Below, piece by piece: positions 39,362 through 53,311 of a stretch of 64,000 nt of DNA; positions within the stretch are counted from its first letter, which is position 1, and every line of letters begins with the position of its first letter. Location of the stretch: NCBI GenBank assembly GCA_013265495.1, contig MU058065.1, forward strand, positions 1,524,364-1,588,363, read 5' to 3'. Source of the stretch: Vicugna vicugna. Taxonomy: Eukaryota. The notes beneath the pieces are model-generated. The model saw only the letters and a list, made by a program, of their open reading frames with translations. It did no database searches and was not told where the DNA came from. Position numbers and translations under genes: made by a program.

Positions 39362-39842
39362 CTCTGCCCAATTGAAATATAATGTGAGCCACATAATTCT
39401 AAATTTCCTAGGAGCCATATTTTAAGGAGTAAAAAAAGTACATGAAATTAATAATACATTTTGTTTAACCCATTATATCCAAACTCATTATTCTGGCATA
39501 TAATCAGTATATAATAATTAATGAAATATTTTACATTCTTGTTTTTATACCAAGTTGTCAAAATCCAGTGTGTATTTCTACTTATAACACATTCCAATGG
39601 TGATGCTAAATATCACAAATACTTTGTTCAATATTTAGATTTCATAAAATTTACAGTTGAAGAGTAAATTCACATATCCAAGTTGTTTCAAGACTAAACT
39701 TTTCTGGTATCTGAATAGAGTACTAGTTTTTATAGTTAAACCAAAATTAAGATGAACTAAAATAAAAAATTCAGTTCCTCAGTCACACTGACCACATTTC
39801 AGTAGCCACATATAGCTCACAGCAGCTGCACTGGACAGCGTG
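39362..39842. mobile_element. Charlie1/MER33-family hAT DNA transposon
   Basis: CTGCCCAATTGAAATATAATGTGAGCCACAT at the left end; AAAATTCAGTTCCTCAGTCACACTGACCACATTTCA...CTGGACAGCG at the right end. Confidence 0.78.
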
Positions 39843-40286
39843 GGTGTGGTGGTTCTCCAACTTGCCCACCGTCACCCATTAGGTAGGACTTGAACTGGGG
39901 TTTGAACCCGGAGCCATTGCTTGTAGCCACGGTGCCACACACACTCTCTCTCTCTCTCTCTCCATGCCCCACCTCGGAAACACCACGGAGCAGTGAGCAG
40001 CATGAGCCCGACTTTACCTGTGCTTTCTGTGTTGTCTTCCCATGGGTGTTTGTTTCTCTCAATTAAATAAAACTAAACACTAAAAAATAAGTCAGTTAAT
40101 TTCTTTAAAGTGTGTAGGAAGGGGGCAGGGGAATCCAGAGTATCTCTTAATATGAAGATTTGGAGTGAATTAAAAATTTGTCTTTTTTCACCTGTCCTTA
40201 GTAAATTTTTCTAAGGTGCATAAATATCCTTATTGAGTTAGCAAATGAGTCAAAAATAAATTAATTGATTAAAAATAAATTTTAAT

Positions 40287-40460
40287 GGGGGAAGATATAG
40301 CTCAAGTGGTAATGCACATGCTTAGCATGCATGAGGTCCTGGGTTCAATCCCCAGTACTTCCTCTAAAAATAAACAAACCTAATTACCTCCCCCACCCCC
40401 ACCAAAATAAAATAATTAAATAGTGCAATAATAAATAAATAAAGTACTTTTTTAAATAAT
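40287..40460 (+). mobile_element. tRNA-derived SINE (camelid Vic-1 type, longer tail form)
   Basis: GGGGGAAGATATAGCTCAAGTGGTAATG...GGTTCAATCCCCAGTAC, an A-rich tail and TSD-like AAAATAAATTT on both sides. Confidence 0.88.
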
Positions 40461-43400
40461 AAAATAAATTTAAAAAATTGAAAAGCCTATCCAGGCTAGA
40501 GCTGGAGTCAGTAACACCCCCAGTGTGGCCCCTGTTAAGTCTGTAACTGCCACCTTCCCTGTGGCCCAGACACTCCCTCCTTTTCCACTCCACCCACTGC
40601 CCTCAGGCCACCCTCCTCCCTTCTCTTGTTCTTATGCAGCCATGCCCACCCTGCCGACTCCACCCACTCCTCGTCTGCTGCCTGGCCACACCCACCTTTC
40701 CCACTGCTTGGTCCTCCCCTCTGTCCCTGCTGACTCAGGTCTGGGATCTCTTGCCAGGGCATTCTTCCATGTGTCCAGCGTGGGAAGCTGCTTAGTGCTT
40801 TTCTTAAAAATTCAGGGTTTTCCACACAGATTAACAACATGTATTAATTGGGGATAGTAGAATCCAGTTGCCTCATTTGAAAGGTGAAACTCCGAGCCAG
40901 AAAAGTAAATTGGCGTATCTGCAGCTTTCATAAGAGTTGGGGGCAGAACAACGACATTTGCACAGGTCTCAAAATTATGAGACCTGCCCTCTTTTTAACT
41001 ACATACTTTTCCTCTTTCAATCCAGAGATAATGGGCCAGGGTATGTGCAGTTTCAGGTGAAACCACATGGATGCTAACTACAAAATAGTAATAATGTCAG
41101 TAGCATAGCAAATTGTACCCAGTTTCTCATTATTTTAGAAGAATAAGTATATACAGGGTTGGAAACCAATTTTGTCATTCAATAAGTAAGGGTCTCTTGC
41201 TCCAAACTATTCTCTTAACTTTTCTTTAAGGATTAAATACAAAGAAAATGAGTTCCAGTTAATCTGTAGAGTAAACCAGTAAGCTGAGCAGATATTGCAG
41301 GATATGGCATCTGCTTGTCTTAACACGGGTCTCACGGCTCCCATGGGTCGCCTGGCAGAGAGAGCAGAGAAATAAAAGGCCACTCCCTGTCTTGTAATCT
41401 CTTCATATTGAAGAGTTTACAGAGTTCTACTTTGGGAACAGAAGTGTATCTCTGGTACCTTCTAGAACTCTGAATCCCAAAACACTGTGCTGTAACAGAA
41501 ACAGAATTAGATAATGACAAAACTTGGGTTTTGGTGTCAGACTCGCACCATTTGAAAAGTATGGGATTGTGGGAGAATTCCTTGCATTCTTTGACTCTCA
41601 GTATCCTGGTTGGCAGCATGGTAATGGCTCTGCACAGTGCTGTCAACCATCTAAATGAAAACTGAGGGAAACCACGTAGCACAGTACCTCTGTTCCCTTA
41701 GAGAGCGTGCCTCTTTTTCATCTGTAAAATGAGGGAAATGCCTGCTGCTCACCCCCATCACCATTAAGGTGATGACTTCTGTAAGTGAAATATACACTGT
41801 TTTTGTGTTCATTGCAAAGGAGACATTTTACTGTGCCTGACTGTTCACTTCTCTACCAGATGAGGAAACCAGAATGTTAAGAGACTTAGCAAGTAAACAA
41901 GAGTTATTCAAACAGGGGGCTCAGTGAAAAAGCCAGTGAACCAAATGACATTCCCCAGACGAATGCCATTAGAAGAGAAATAAGTGGACCAAAAGCTAGG
42001 GATCATCAGGATCAAGGACAAGGCGATGCAGACGAAGAAGAGACTCCTTTTACCCTCAACCCTCTGCCTCTGTTTGGTTACAGTTTGTACAAGTAGATCT
42101 TTGTGCTTGTTTGTGTCTGTGGCTCTGTTTGTTCTGCAGTCAAAGGAATTTTCCAATCTTTTGCCTGGTTATTTAGCCTTGTTATCACCATACACGCACA
42201 GTTAATTTACACGTGTGCATGCGGTGTAGTATACAGCTGGATATGGACTCATCTATGACAGTACATCCATTAGTCTGGTAACCAGAGTTTTAAATGGAGC
42301 CCTGTGTGCATGTAAAATATTATCTACTACCGTATTTAGCCTAAATGGACTGAATCTGTTATTTTAGAACCATGTGAGGATAAAGACAATGAAGACATTT
42401 TAGAGACAAATTCATAAATCTTGGCAGATATTCTCATTTAATCTCTTGCCTTCTAGCAATAAATGTCAGTTTATCGCTACTTTACAAAGACTACCAGATG
42501 TGCACTACCAAACGGGTTTATCAGTCCCAAATAGATCAAAAGAAGTAGTTGCTGAAGACCACGTAGTTAGCGGGGACTTGGGACTAGGGGCTGATGGGCT
42601 GCGGGAGAATGGAATCGAGCCCCAGGGGCCCACACCTTCCACAGCAAAGCCCTTTCTAGCAGAGAAGGGCTCACTGAGTCTTGGAACCTGCCCTGCCTTG
42701 GATTATTTTGTGCTTTGACTCATATTTCTTGTGGTTTAACGAATCCAAATTTAAACTATTCTTAGTTCCTAGAGGTTATTTTCTGATGCTCTTTCTTTAA
42801 ATACCACGTGGGAATTATTTCAGTCAGTAAAACTAGACCTGTCATTTTCTGTTGGCTTTGTCCTTGCCATTTTTGTCTCACATGCTCGATTTCCCAGTGA
42901 ATGCTCCCTTTTAGATGCATGATCGTGGTCATAATTTAACCTTGTGTTGGTTTCCCGGTGGTTCTCTGTCTTCAAGTTCAAAGGTACAGATGTGGACGAA
43001 CACATTCAAATTCAACGAGTGGTTTCTACTCAGATGTTTCCCCTAAATGTACAATGAATAGTTACTAGAAAACTGCAGTTTCAGAAGAGTGAGAACCAGG
43101 ACAGAGTAAACCATATCAGGTTTTCTCTCCTTGTTTTTTTTTTTCAGTTGTACAAGATGTATATACCACGTGAACCAGGTAAATAACACGTATCGGGGTA
43201 AAATTAAAAAGTGAACCTGTTTGGGGGATTTTACTCAAACCTCTCACATCCCTGAAAATAATCATTATTAACACCTGCATGTATGTAGTTTTCTTTTTTT
43301 TACAAAATCGATGTGACTTTTAGTATGTGGCTCACCAAGAGATCTTTTTAATCACAAAGTTAATTAAACATGATCATGACCCAGGACATGTGGACACAGA

Positions 43401-46400
43401 GCCAGTTTTTGGTTTAATTTCTTAAGATAATTTGATGAGGAAGCCTCTTACCGTCATTGATTATAATCTACTTTCTTTCATAGTCATCAAATAAAATGGC
43501 AACTCCAGATTCTTGATTATAAAATAATACTTGAGGTATAACCTACCCATTGCCCAGCCACTGGGCAAACACTGAATTTCTTATTATGTAGATCATCAAG
43601 CCTTCTCCATCCTGGACAAGAGGGAAAGAGAGATGGAACATTGTCCATTTAATCCCGGTGTGGTCCATGCCCAGTGGGCAGGGTCATTTCATGATCTCTT
43701 TTTTTTTCTTCCTTTTCTTTTTTTTATAGCACCTACAACATTTTAGACCTAAGGGGTTTCCAGAGATGTGTATAATGCCGGCCTCTTTCATTTCAGACAT
43801 GGTTAAACATGAGCCTCTATTTTTTTTTACCTGAATATCTACTTCAGGATGAAATATTTAACTTTATAACCATGAGCTTGCTAGCCCTGAAGAGTTTATC
43901 CATGCTTGTTCACAGCCTCAATAAAACATAATTGGCCATAAACCCAGCAAGTGTTATGGACTGGTTCCAAAGAAACTTGCTATATAGTGCAATATACTCT
44001 TTGTCACACTTAGCCTTTTTCTATATCTTTAGAGTGGGAGTCATTTTGCTTTGTCTCTGGAATGCCGTGTGATAACCACTCAGATTTAATGACTGTGTGA
44101 TCAGCTTTATATATCACTTATCAAAGGGTGTAGCCTTATCGACATCCAGAGTAGGAAATAAACACTGAAGACTTCTAGAAAATAGGGTTAAAGCAACCAT
44201 TTCTTTTCTGTTGTCCTGGGAATTACATTATAGTTGCAGAAAAGTCGAAATTCAGTTTTAGAGAAATCTTAGCAGGGCACGTGTTAGTTATTTTGTATAT
44301 TCAAAACAACGTGTGTTACATCATTCTAGTGCAAAAAAGGCCATGATTTTCAAAGTAGCCTGTGTTATAGCCTAGTGCAAATAAGCCACGCTCTTTATCA
44401 AATAGGGTTATCATTCTAAAGTGAGCGTAAGGTACAGAGCTAGAGCCGTGACCGGGGCACCAGCCATAGGGTGAGCACTTTGTTTGCCAAATATCCGAAG
44501 GCATCAGGGAGTCTGTTGTGCCCACGTGCGTTTTTACAGGGCAATGTTAATCAATTAGCTCCATCCTGCTATAGATAGTAAGCAATTACATTCACTGGGA
44601 GCCACAGTGGCATGATTAATAATACATTCTAATTTCCCAAAGTAGCATTTCACTCGGCATTTAAACATGGCTCTTTGAAAAGTATGAGTTTTTTGGTATA
44701 TAAGAAACATGGTTGGAGTGAAATTTATTCCTCTGAAAATAATCCTCTAAAAAGGAAAATATGATAAAGTTTTCTGTGATGCTTTCTCACCCTTCCTGTG
44801 TGTATGAGTACAATTCAGGTTTCTCCTTAGAGTGTTTTCAGATACATTCTTAAGAGATAGAGCTGTCAGCTTCAGAGTTACATGTGCTGTATGGGAGTTT
44901 TAGGGAAGCCACGTAAATTCTTAATAATTATGGAGCACCTGCTGTATTAGAGTTCCAAGATGAAGCTCTCTCAGGTTTAAAAAGGTAATTAAGCCACAGG
45001 TTCTGTGTCTAAGAAGATGCCGCCAGAAGAAGGCATTTGGCTGGTAATTGTGAATACCATCTAAAGGGAAGGAAGGTAATGACCACGAGAGAAGCCCAAG
45101 GAAAGTGCTGTGAGGTTTCAACAGAGGGATAAGGAAGCAGAAGTCCATCCTTGAAGGGCTGGATTGGGGGCTATATACAGACTCATACCGGGAGGTGAGG
45201 GCAGAGAAGTAAGTTACAGACCGGTCTTGTGTCTGAATTTTGACCTTGCCGTAGAAGGGTGATAAGCAATGCCTGTTGTGGGGCAGGCAGTCAGCAAACA
45301 TTTACAGAATACTTCCTGCATTCCGGGCTCTGACCCAACTCCTGCACCGCCTGAAATTTGGGCCCTTTCAGGATTCTGACTTGATCTCCTTAAACTTGGC
45401 ACATGCTGTGAAGTTAAAGCACTTGTCATTGACTGGGTCCTTCATTCCATGCATTTAAAAGGTTGAATGATTATTTGGGGGAAAATGCACATCGTCAGTT
45501 CCTGAAGAGAGCTGTTTTTTAAAATCAACCTAATCATTACTAATATTTTTCAAGCAATTAAAAAGCTGATTAATAAGGATTCTCATCTTCTACCATAAGA
45601 GGGTCTCTTTTATCTGATGTAGTGATATTGACATAACCCACCAAAAAGAAGCATTTTTGCTGTGAGCATCCACATGAGAAGTAATTTGGCCGTGTAAGTG
45701 GGCAGTGCTGCCCTATGTCTCTACCTTTCACAATTCTGCATTCTTCCTTTTCCTAGCCTTGTGTCCATAAAGCATGAGTTCTTATTAGATTGATAATCCC
45801 TTCTAAAGAAGAAGAGGAGAAGAAAAATATATATATAATGAAGGGAAGGGAGTTCTGCTTTTTTTGGAGGGCATATTGCTAAAGGAAAAGTGTAAACCTT
45901 ATTAATTTGTTGACGATATTCAAGACTGGTAATCACATTTTCTTAGAAATAGTTAAAGGCCAAGATTTAACCCTGTGGAATAATTGTGGTTTTATTCCTG
46001 GTCCCTTGGCTCCTGCACTTCTTTAAGCCCTTAAGAAGGAATTATTGGTGAATCAGTTGGTATCTATTTCAAACAGCTTTGGTTTAAAGACCAAGCTGTA
46101 TTAAAGAATCATTTGCATTCAGAAAACGAGTGACATTAAATTTTGACTGGGTATCGAATGGCTTTTATTTTTATAGCAGCTAATCATTTAAAGAGTTTTT
46201 AAATTCACTTTAAATTCTATGGCATATTCTTTTATAAAATCCATTTAAACACAGAGGGTCTTCTAAATTTCACCACAAGAGGGAAGTTCCCACAAGAGGC
46301 GTAATGTGTTCTAACCTTCTGCATCCTGCATTGTAGTCCGTCTCTCAGATAGAGAATTTTAAATAGATATTTTGAAAATGTAATATGTAGAAAATGGCTC

Positions 46401-48484
46401 TTTGGATATCAGACCAAATTACAGAAGCGTGAGTATTTCAGACCAAATAATCTCTTACGTCCCTGACGCTCATCTGGTGGGATCTCACACCAACCACAGA
46501 CACATCTCAAGTGCCTCCTTCCCTCCTTGAACTTTTCCATCCTACTTTGCTCTGCTCTGCAATGGATATGAATATTATATTATCCCTCTGCACTTATCTG
46601 CATATTAAACCCTGCTTCCCAGGCATTATGAAACAAAGAGGTTTCGAATGAAGGTACTTCAGATATCTTCCAGAGCCAAATAGTCCTTCCCTGAGTTAAC
46701 CCACAAAGGAGTGACTATGCTCCCTACCTGTAAGACCAACTTTATTAAATTTTATAGTAGAAGGATTAAATCCAAGCCTGGGAAGTTGCTAATTGTCCAT
46801 TGCTAGTGATATATCAAAATAACTTGGGGACAATGGGCTGGAACCTGCACTGGACAATTTCAGAAACTCACTATAATTGACTTTCCCCCTTCTCAGTCCC
46901 TTGTATCATTATCACTGTTGTTTTTGAGCTACAAATTTCCCATTCTACGTTCCACTAACTCAGAATGTTCAATTTCTTGTCTTTCACGGTTTGAGCAAAG
47001 CTGGGAGCAATGCCAGGTTCCTATTGACAGCCTTCACCTTTTCCATGATTCTATTTTTTTCATACTTTTTTTTTTTAACAGCGGGCAGAATTTGGTTTAC
47101 AGTCCAAATGACTATTGGAACAGTGAGGCTAAGCAATCGGCGTTTGTCATTTAATACAAAAGATGTCAGCAAAAAAAAAAGTCTTGACATCACATTTGGA
47201 TTACTCTCCTAGGACAATTTAAAGTCGTATAGCTTAGTGCTGAGAACAGAGAGGCCAGAAAGGTACACCACTGGGAGACTGGATAGAGGCAGAGAGGGTG
47301 ATTCACTGGCTGACCTCAGCCATCCTGGCAAGGAAACCATGTCTGTAGAAACAGCGGAATAGCCGAAAAAATGGCATTGGTGCTTTGGACGAGGATTTCT
47401 GGGATAAATCCATTACAAGGTGATCTCTTCTGGGATCAGTATGGGGAAATGTCAATACAGCTGACTTGTTGCTGGAGACTATGAGGTTGGGCAGAATCAG
47501 CTCTTGATCATCTTTCAGAGTGTAAGCAAATTACAACCATAGTATATCTGGAAAGAGAACCATGAAGCCATTAAATTATTTCAGAGGCTCATGTGGTCTT
47601 TCGTCATGACTTACATGATTACCAACACAGGGCCCAATACGAAGAAAGGAGAATAATATTCTCTTAGTTTTCCAAGGATAAATGTAGAGAATAAATAAGA
47701 ACGTTCATTAAGCTTTCATAGCTGTACTCTCAGAACATAATAGAGTTTTAGAGCTATCGGGTGTTTTCAAGATTATTTATAATCTGTTGTCCTTATTTTA
47801 CGGAACAAGGAAAATGATCAACTTAAGTGCTGAGTTTCTTGTTCAGATATGGGATATATTCCTTAAAATGTACGGTGGAAATAATTTTAAACTTACATAT
47901 AAATAATTTAGTATCATGATAACCGTTCATATCAAAGTTATCTTTCTTTCATTGTTAATATGAAATTACTACTTAAAAATGTTTGCTTCCTCTTTAAAAT
48001 AAATATTGTTATCACTTCTTTGAGGTTTTGTTTAGTGCTGTGTTCCCATCACTTACATGAAGAGATGTTGGACCATGCCATTAATTGCCATGCCAATTTC
48101 TCCCTTGAGCTGACTGCTCTAGAATAGTTTTTATCTTGAAAAGCTAAAGAAGAAATTTAGTGCACTGTAATGCTTTCTACGGCTTAATCAATGCCAGAAA
48201 TATGCTCTTGTTCCATACATTCAAGGAAGGGGTGTTCTGGCGGGAATGTTAGAACCAAAACACGATTTTAGTACTACATTCAAGATATTGGTGCGTTATT
48301 CCCCTATGGGGAGTTCTTAGAAGTGAATAAGGGATATGGTATACACCTGGATGAACTACAAATATACTGGCAGTAGGGATCTTTAGGCTTGTTGTTTAAT
48401 GTAGAGGGAGCAAGTTAGGCTTAGAGCAGATTCCTAGTTATAATAGTTTTACTAAAAATCATAATCTTAAATGTGACTTGAAGT

Positions 48485-48830
48485 CAAAGGTTCCAAACTC
48501 AAATGCCTACAGGCCTTACAGGGAACAAGTGAATCAGGCTGGATGGGGAGACATGTGGGAGTGGTGGGGAGCAGAGCAAACTAAAGCACCCACAGCCCAT
48601 CCAAGGGGTATGGCTACTGCTCCACTTGGGCAATTTCTCCAATATCAGAAGGGAGTGTTAGTCTGATCAGATCTTGAACTTTCCAAGAGAAGCAAATAAC
48701 CAGGGTTTTTATGTAAAATCTCTTCATTTTTAAATGCTGGCAACTAATTCAAATATTTTGAAACACTATTGGCAGGCAAACACGATTATGGGACCAAGTT
48801 GAGTCATACGCTGCCTGATTGTCATTCTCT
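48485..48830. mobile_element. MER102-like hAT DNA transposon
   Basis: GGTTCCAAACTCAAATGCCTACAGG...TTTTTAAATGCTGGCAACTAATTCAAA. Confidence 0.6.
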
Positions 48831-49940
48831 TGAAAATTTTTACGAGTTTCACTTTAATTCACGGTTCCGACTTCAAGGAGCCAGCGAGAACACTGCCTGT
48901 AATATATTGCAATATGTGTGACTGGTATGAATGGAAAATGATCTTGATGTTAATGTCCATGTAGGGCTGGAGATTATATTTTGACTTCAAGACATTGTGC
49001 CCTCTAACTCCTAATTCAGAAAGATTTCCACAGGTATAATTGAATAATAACAAGTCAGGCTGTCCTTTCTTGACTGTAAAACAATAAGAGGGGAATGTGG
49101 TAATAAATATCTGACACTTAATGTAATTTTTAACAACATAGTGCAAGTAGAAGATGTGGATCCTAATGCATCAAATGCAACAAATCCTTTTAAAAATCTG
49201 TTTACAAACCAGACTAGAGATAGCACCAACTGTTGAAGGGAAGAGGCGGAGGGCGGGGCTGGAGGGAGGATTCAGATGTCCCATATTTTCACCTTAACTG
49301 GGTCGTGAATTACTCTCCATGCTGACACCAGTGCTTATTCAGAGCCTAGTACACAGCCATGAAAATCTGCCGCTGCCTCATCCTGTTAGACTGAGATTTC
49401 ACAGAGGCTCAGTAAACTCAGAGCCATGTACCTAGATAGATGTTACCTTTTGTCCAGTTTAAGCAAATTGTTTTAAATGTTTATTTAAGTTATGTGTTTC
49501 TTTCATGGGCACAAGTATCTTGATTACATGGCTGTGAGCAGTCACTGCTGAGGGAAATAGGCAACTGGGCTGGTGCTCACTCCGGGGAAGGAAGAGAGCC
49601 CAAACTGGAAATGGTGCAGAAGCCTTACCCTGAAGCAACCAGCCACCATGTCACTGTCTCTTCGTTTTAGCACCAGTGCAACCCAGCAGCTACCCTCATT
49701 TAGACCATCCTGATTCCTCACGGAAATTCCTGCCATTTCTCTCTACCCTGGAAAAGGTGCCCCTGTCATCATCGTTTTCCCAGATGCTTTAAATCCTACC
49801 TCACGTGTGCTGGATGCAGAGACCATTTCCCAGGCTACGTGACACAGAATAATAAGTACTCTGTAAGAAAATGCTTCTGTGCAAAAATCAGAGTGGGAAA
49901 TATTGCCTAGTACACACTCCTTGAGAAATTCACATTGCAC

Positions 49941-50157
49941 TTTTTTTTTTTTTTTTTTTAGTTTTTATTGAAGTGTACTTGATTTACAATGTTAGTTTCA
50001 GGTGTACAGCAAAGTGATTCAGTTATGCATATACATACATATATATTTTTTATTTTTCCTTTTCAGATTATTTTCCATTATATGTTATTACAAGAAAATG
50101 AGTCTAGTTCCCTGTGCTGTACAGTAGGTCCTTGTTGTTTACCTGTTTTATACACAG
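49941..50157 (-). mobile_element. Short LINE-1 3' end with poly(A)
   Basis: A T19 run followed by the same L1 3'UTR sequence as at 26552. Confidence 0.88.
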
Positions 50158-52404
50158 TCACGTTACGTGTTTCAAACCTCTGAGAGCTCTTCAGTGAGGA
50201 GGCCAGTTTAGCTTTGTTCCATCCACTGTTTCTCAAGTTCATTTGACATTGACTATCTTCTGTCTGGGACACTGGCCCATGCACCTTGAAGTTCTAGAGC
50301 ACAGCTTGGGAAATGCTAATATGGGCAAAAGGAACACTGTTTAAGGCTTCTGAGCTGGGGAATGACAGGGTCAAGCCTGGCAGTAGACGGGAAGATGGCT
50401 GCAATGAGATGCTGATTAAGAGAACATGGGTAATCACTAGACTTGATGATGGGCTGGTTATGCAGAGGGCGGATAAGGGAAACAGACAAGGAGTATCGGG
50501 TCTCCAGTTTTATCACCTATGAAATGGTGTTCTCTGGGTGATGATAAGGTCGGATGAAACAGTATTTGGAAGGAAAGACAATGAGCTTTTCGTTGGTTTG
50601 TTTGGGTTTGAGCACTTAACAGACTATTTTGGGGGAAAAAAAAGATGTTTTTCTCTGTGTAATTTTTTTTCAGGCTTTCTAGTGCAAACCTCCCATTACA
50701 CCAAGTGCCGGATCATCGGCCTCTCAGCTCTGTGAAGGCAAAGAAGTTATTTCATTTTTCTGATTTTCCTAAATACTTAGCACAATATCTGCACCCATTT
50801 TCAGAGTAAATAAATGGTTGCAAAAACTATATGGTTACAAACAGGAAATGGCTTTAGCTAAATCAAGGGCAATAAAGAGCGAAGGCGGGAGGTAGCCCCT
50901 CAGGCAGAGGCAGACTCACCAGAAGGCCCTCGCAAGCTCGGGAAGGCGGAGGGTCCCCCGGGGCTGTCATGTGCAGATCTGGGCGGTCTTTGGTGTCAGT
51001 CGTGGCTTCCTGTCATTCTTCTCAAGGCTCAAGAGAAAAGAGTCTTTCTACTCCAGGTGTGGTCAGGGCCCTTGTTGGACGTGCTCTGGAAGATGAGGGG
51101 CTGGAGAAGATGTCCCCATCAGAAGATCAAAGACTATCAGTAAGACGAGTGGGTGTGAAAACAAAGCGAAAATTCTTTTCAATCCTCCGTTTACGGACCA
51201 TATTAAGGACCATGTCATCTCGTGAGTTGGCTATTTGCTTCTGAAATGAAATCTAGCTGGAAACGGAGCGAGGCACAGGTAGTGTTTTGGGGTGTACTGT
51301 ATGGACTTGGGGTGCAGACAGAGGCGGTCTGACTACACGTTGTCTTTCTTTTCCAGTTGGCATTGACGTTAAAATAAAGCAGACACAAAGCTTTATTTTC
51401 TCAGCCCAGTCTTAGAGTATCTGAAAATGGAAAAGGCTTTTCCTTTTCCTCGAAGAGGTCCAGAGAGATTTACTGCTTTGCCCAAGGCTGCTCAGATCAT
51501 CAGGGAGTGGACTGATTTTTGACTGCCAGCCTCCTGACCACTATCTGATGCTCTTCTCAGTCTGAACACAGATGCACTCCACCCAGAAGGGAAAAAGAAA
51601 CGACGTCCCAGTGGCAGTCTCCACTCAGTGGTTTTGGGCACAGACAGATAAGAAGTGAACACCAATTCGCAACTGTTTTCTGAGACTGTAACCCTGAATG
51701 CCAACGAAAGCAAGCGGGAGGCCAGTTTTAAATGCTGCCAGAGATCTTATGATGCAATCTAGGGCACGGGCCTCCCAATCTGTGACACCCTTGCACACCG
51801 GAGCAAGGTCAGATTAAATATCTCCTTGTCAGTGTACTTTAATACCTAACTGTGGCCTTGGAAAGTTCTAAAAAGAAGGAAAAGAAAGAAAAAAAGAAAG
51901 TGCAGTGCCCTTTTCTCCTGGTCACAACACCAAACTGGTAATTACAGTGTTGGTATTTGTCACATGCCAGTAAAGGACCCAGCACAGTTCAGACATAAAG
52001 ACAGGACTGTTTCTTGCTCTGGCAATTGACAGTCTTAGGCAGAAAAGTAACCATGAAAAGAGGAAAAAGAAGCATATGATATTGGTTAAATCTTGGCTTT
52101 CTTAACTTTCCTGGCATCGGGGTCTTTTGTGCGGGATGAAGGGAGAGGACAGAAATGGGATCATTGGAAGCCTTTGCAGTTTGTGCACAGTGGGAATTTG
52201 AAAATGAACCTATCCATTTTTGAACTGTCCTTTCCTTTCCACTGCCACTTTCAGAGCAGCTAGTCCCTGCTTGTGCCCTTGCTCCCACCTCCTGGTGCTC
52301 AGGGCATGAACACCTGGGACCATCTGCACCCCTGAGTCCACACAGCCCAGCTTGAGACCACTCCTCAATGCAGCCCAACTGAGAGTTAACATCCAGCATG
52401 AAAA

Positions 52405-52640
52405 TGAAATATGTATTTTATTATACTCCAAGCAGTGTGCTAAATATTCAGCAAATATTCTCGTATTAAGCCTCGCAGCCCTCAGTGAGGCAGGTGCTGG
52501 GGTTCTCCTCATTTTACAGATGAAAAGCTCGAGTTCAGAGAGGTTAAGTAACTAGTCCAGAGACCCCCCCAGCAAGTAATTGGGAAGGCCAGGACTCCAG
52601 CACAGGGCGGCCGACTCCAGCACAGGGCTCTTGCCCACAG
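52405..52640 (-). mobile_element. MIR SINE
   Basis: CTCATTTTACAGATGAAAAGCTCGAGTTCAGAGAGGTTAAGTAACT. Confidence 0.72.
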
Positions 52641-53084
52641 TGGCCAGGGCCACTCCCGGCTTCATCTTCCATGCCGTTAAAACGCCTGTTTTCATCTCCA
52701 ACTTCTTGGGGCTTTGCCTTGGTGGCCGGCTTGCCTCTAGTGATGTATCAGGCTAAGTTACTGAAGATTTAATGGCTTTGGGCAGGCAAGTGATAGCCGG
52801 ACTTTATTAGGGACATTCCAGAACTGAAAGAGGAACCCAGACGCATAGACTCATTCCGATAGTGGGATTTTGAGGCATATAGAGAAGTGACAGAGGGGAC
52901 TGACTTGAAGGCCAGTGGCCCTGGGGTTCTTCCAAGCACGTGACTCTCAACTTAGCTTTCAAGAGGAGCTAATCCTGGTCTAAAGAGAGGTATCCACCAT
53001 CTTCCAGGAGGTCTCTGGGCCTAAAAGCCACCAACAAAACAATACTGAGGCAGAATAATTTGCATGAGGATCTGCACCAGAGAT

Positions 53085-53311
53085 TTTCAGATTTTTCCCC
53101 TCCTCCCCCCTCCCTCCAGTGGACACTTGACAGTGTCTGAAGACATTGTTGGCTGGCACAGCAGGGAGACAGAGGGTGTTACTGGCATCTAGTGGGTGGG
53201 GCCAGCCAGGGATGCTGCTAAACACCTGCAACACACTAGGACAACCCCCTATAAAAAGGAATCATCTGGCTCCAAACGTCACTAGTGCTAAGTTAGAGAA
53301 AACCCGATTTA
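53085..53311. mobile_element. MER20-like hAT DNA transposon
   Basis: GTCTGAAGACATT...TACTGGCATCTAGTGGGT...CAGGGATGCTGCTAAACACCT. Confidence 0.8.

Noticed and set aside
12866..40460. tRNA genes at the four A/B-box-containing loci
   Set aside because: They have degenerate stems, A-rich tails and TSDs, so they are SINEs.
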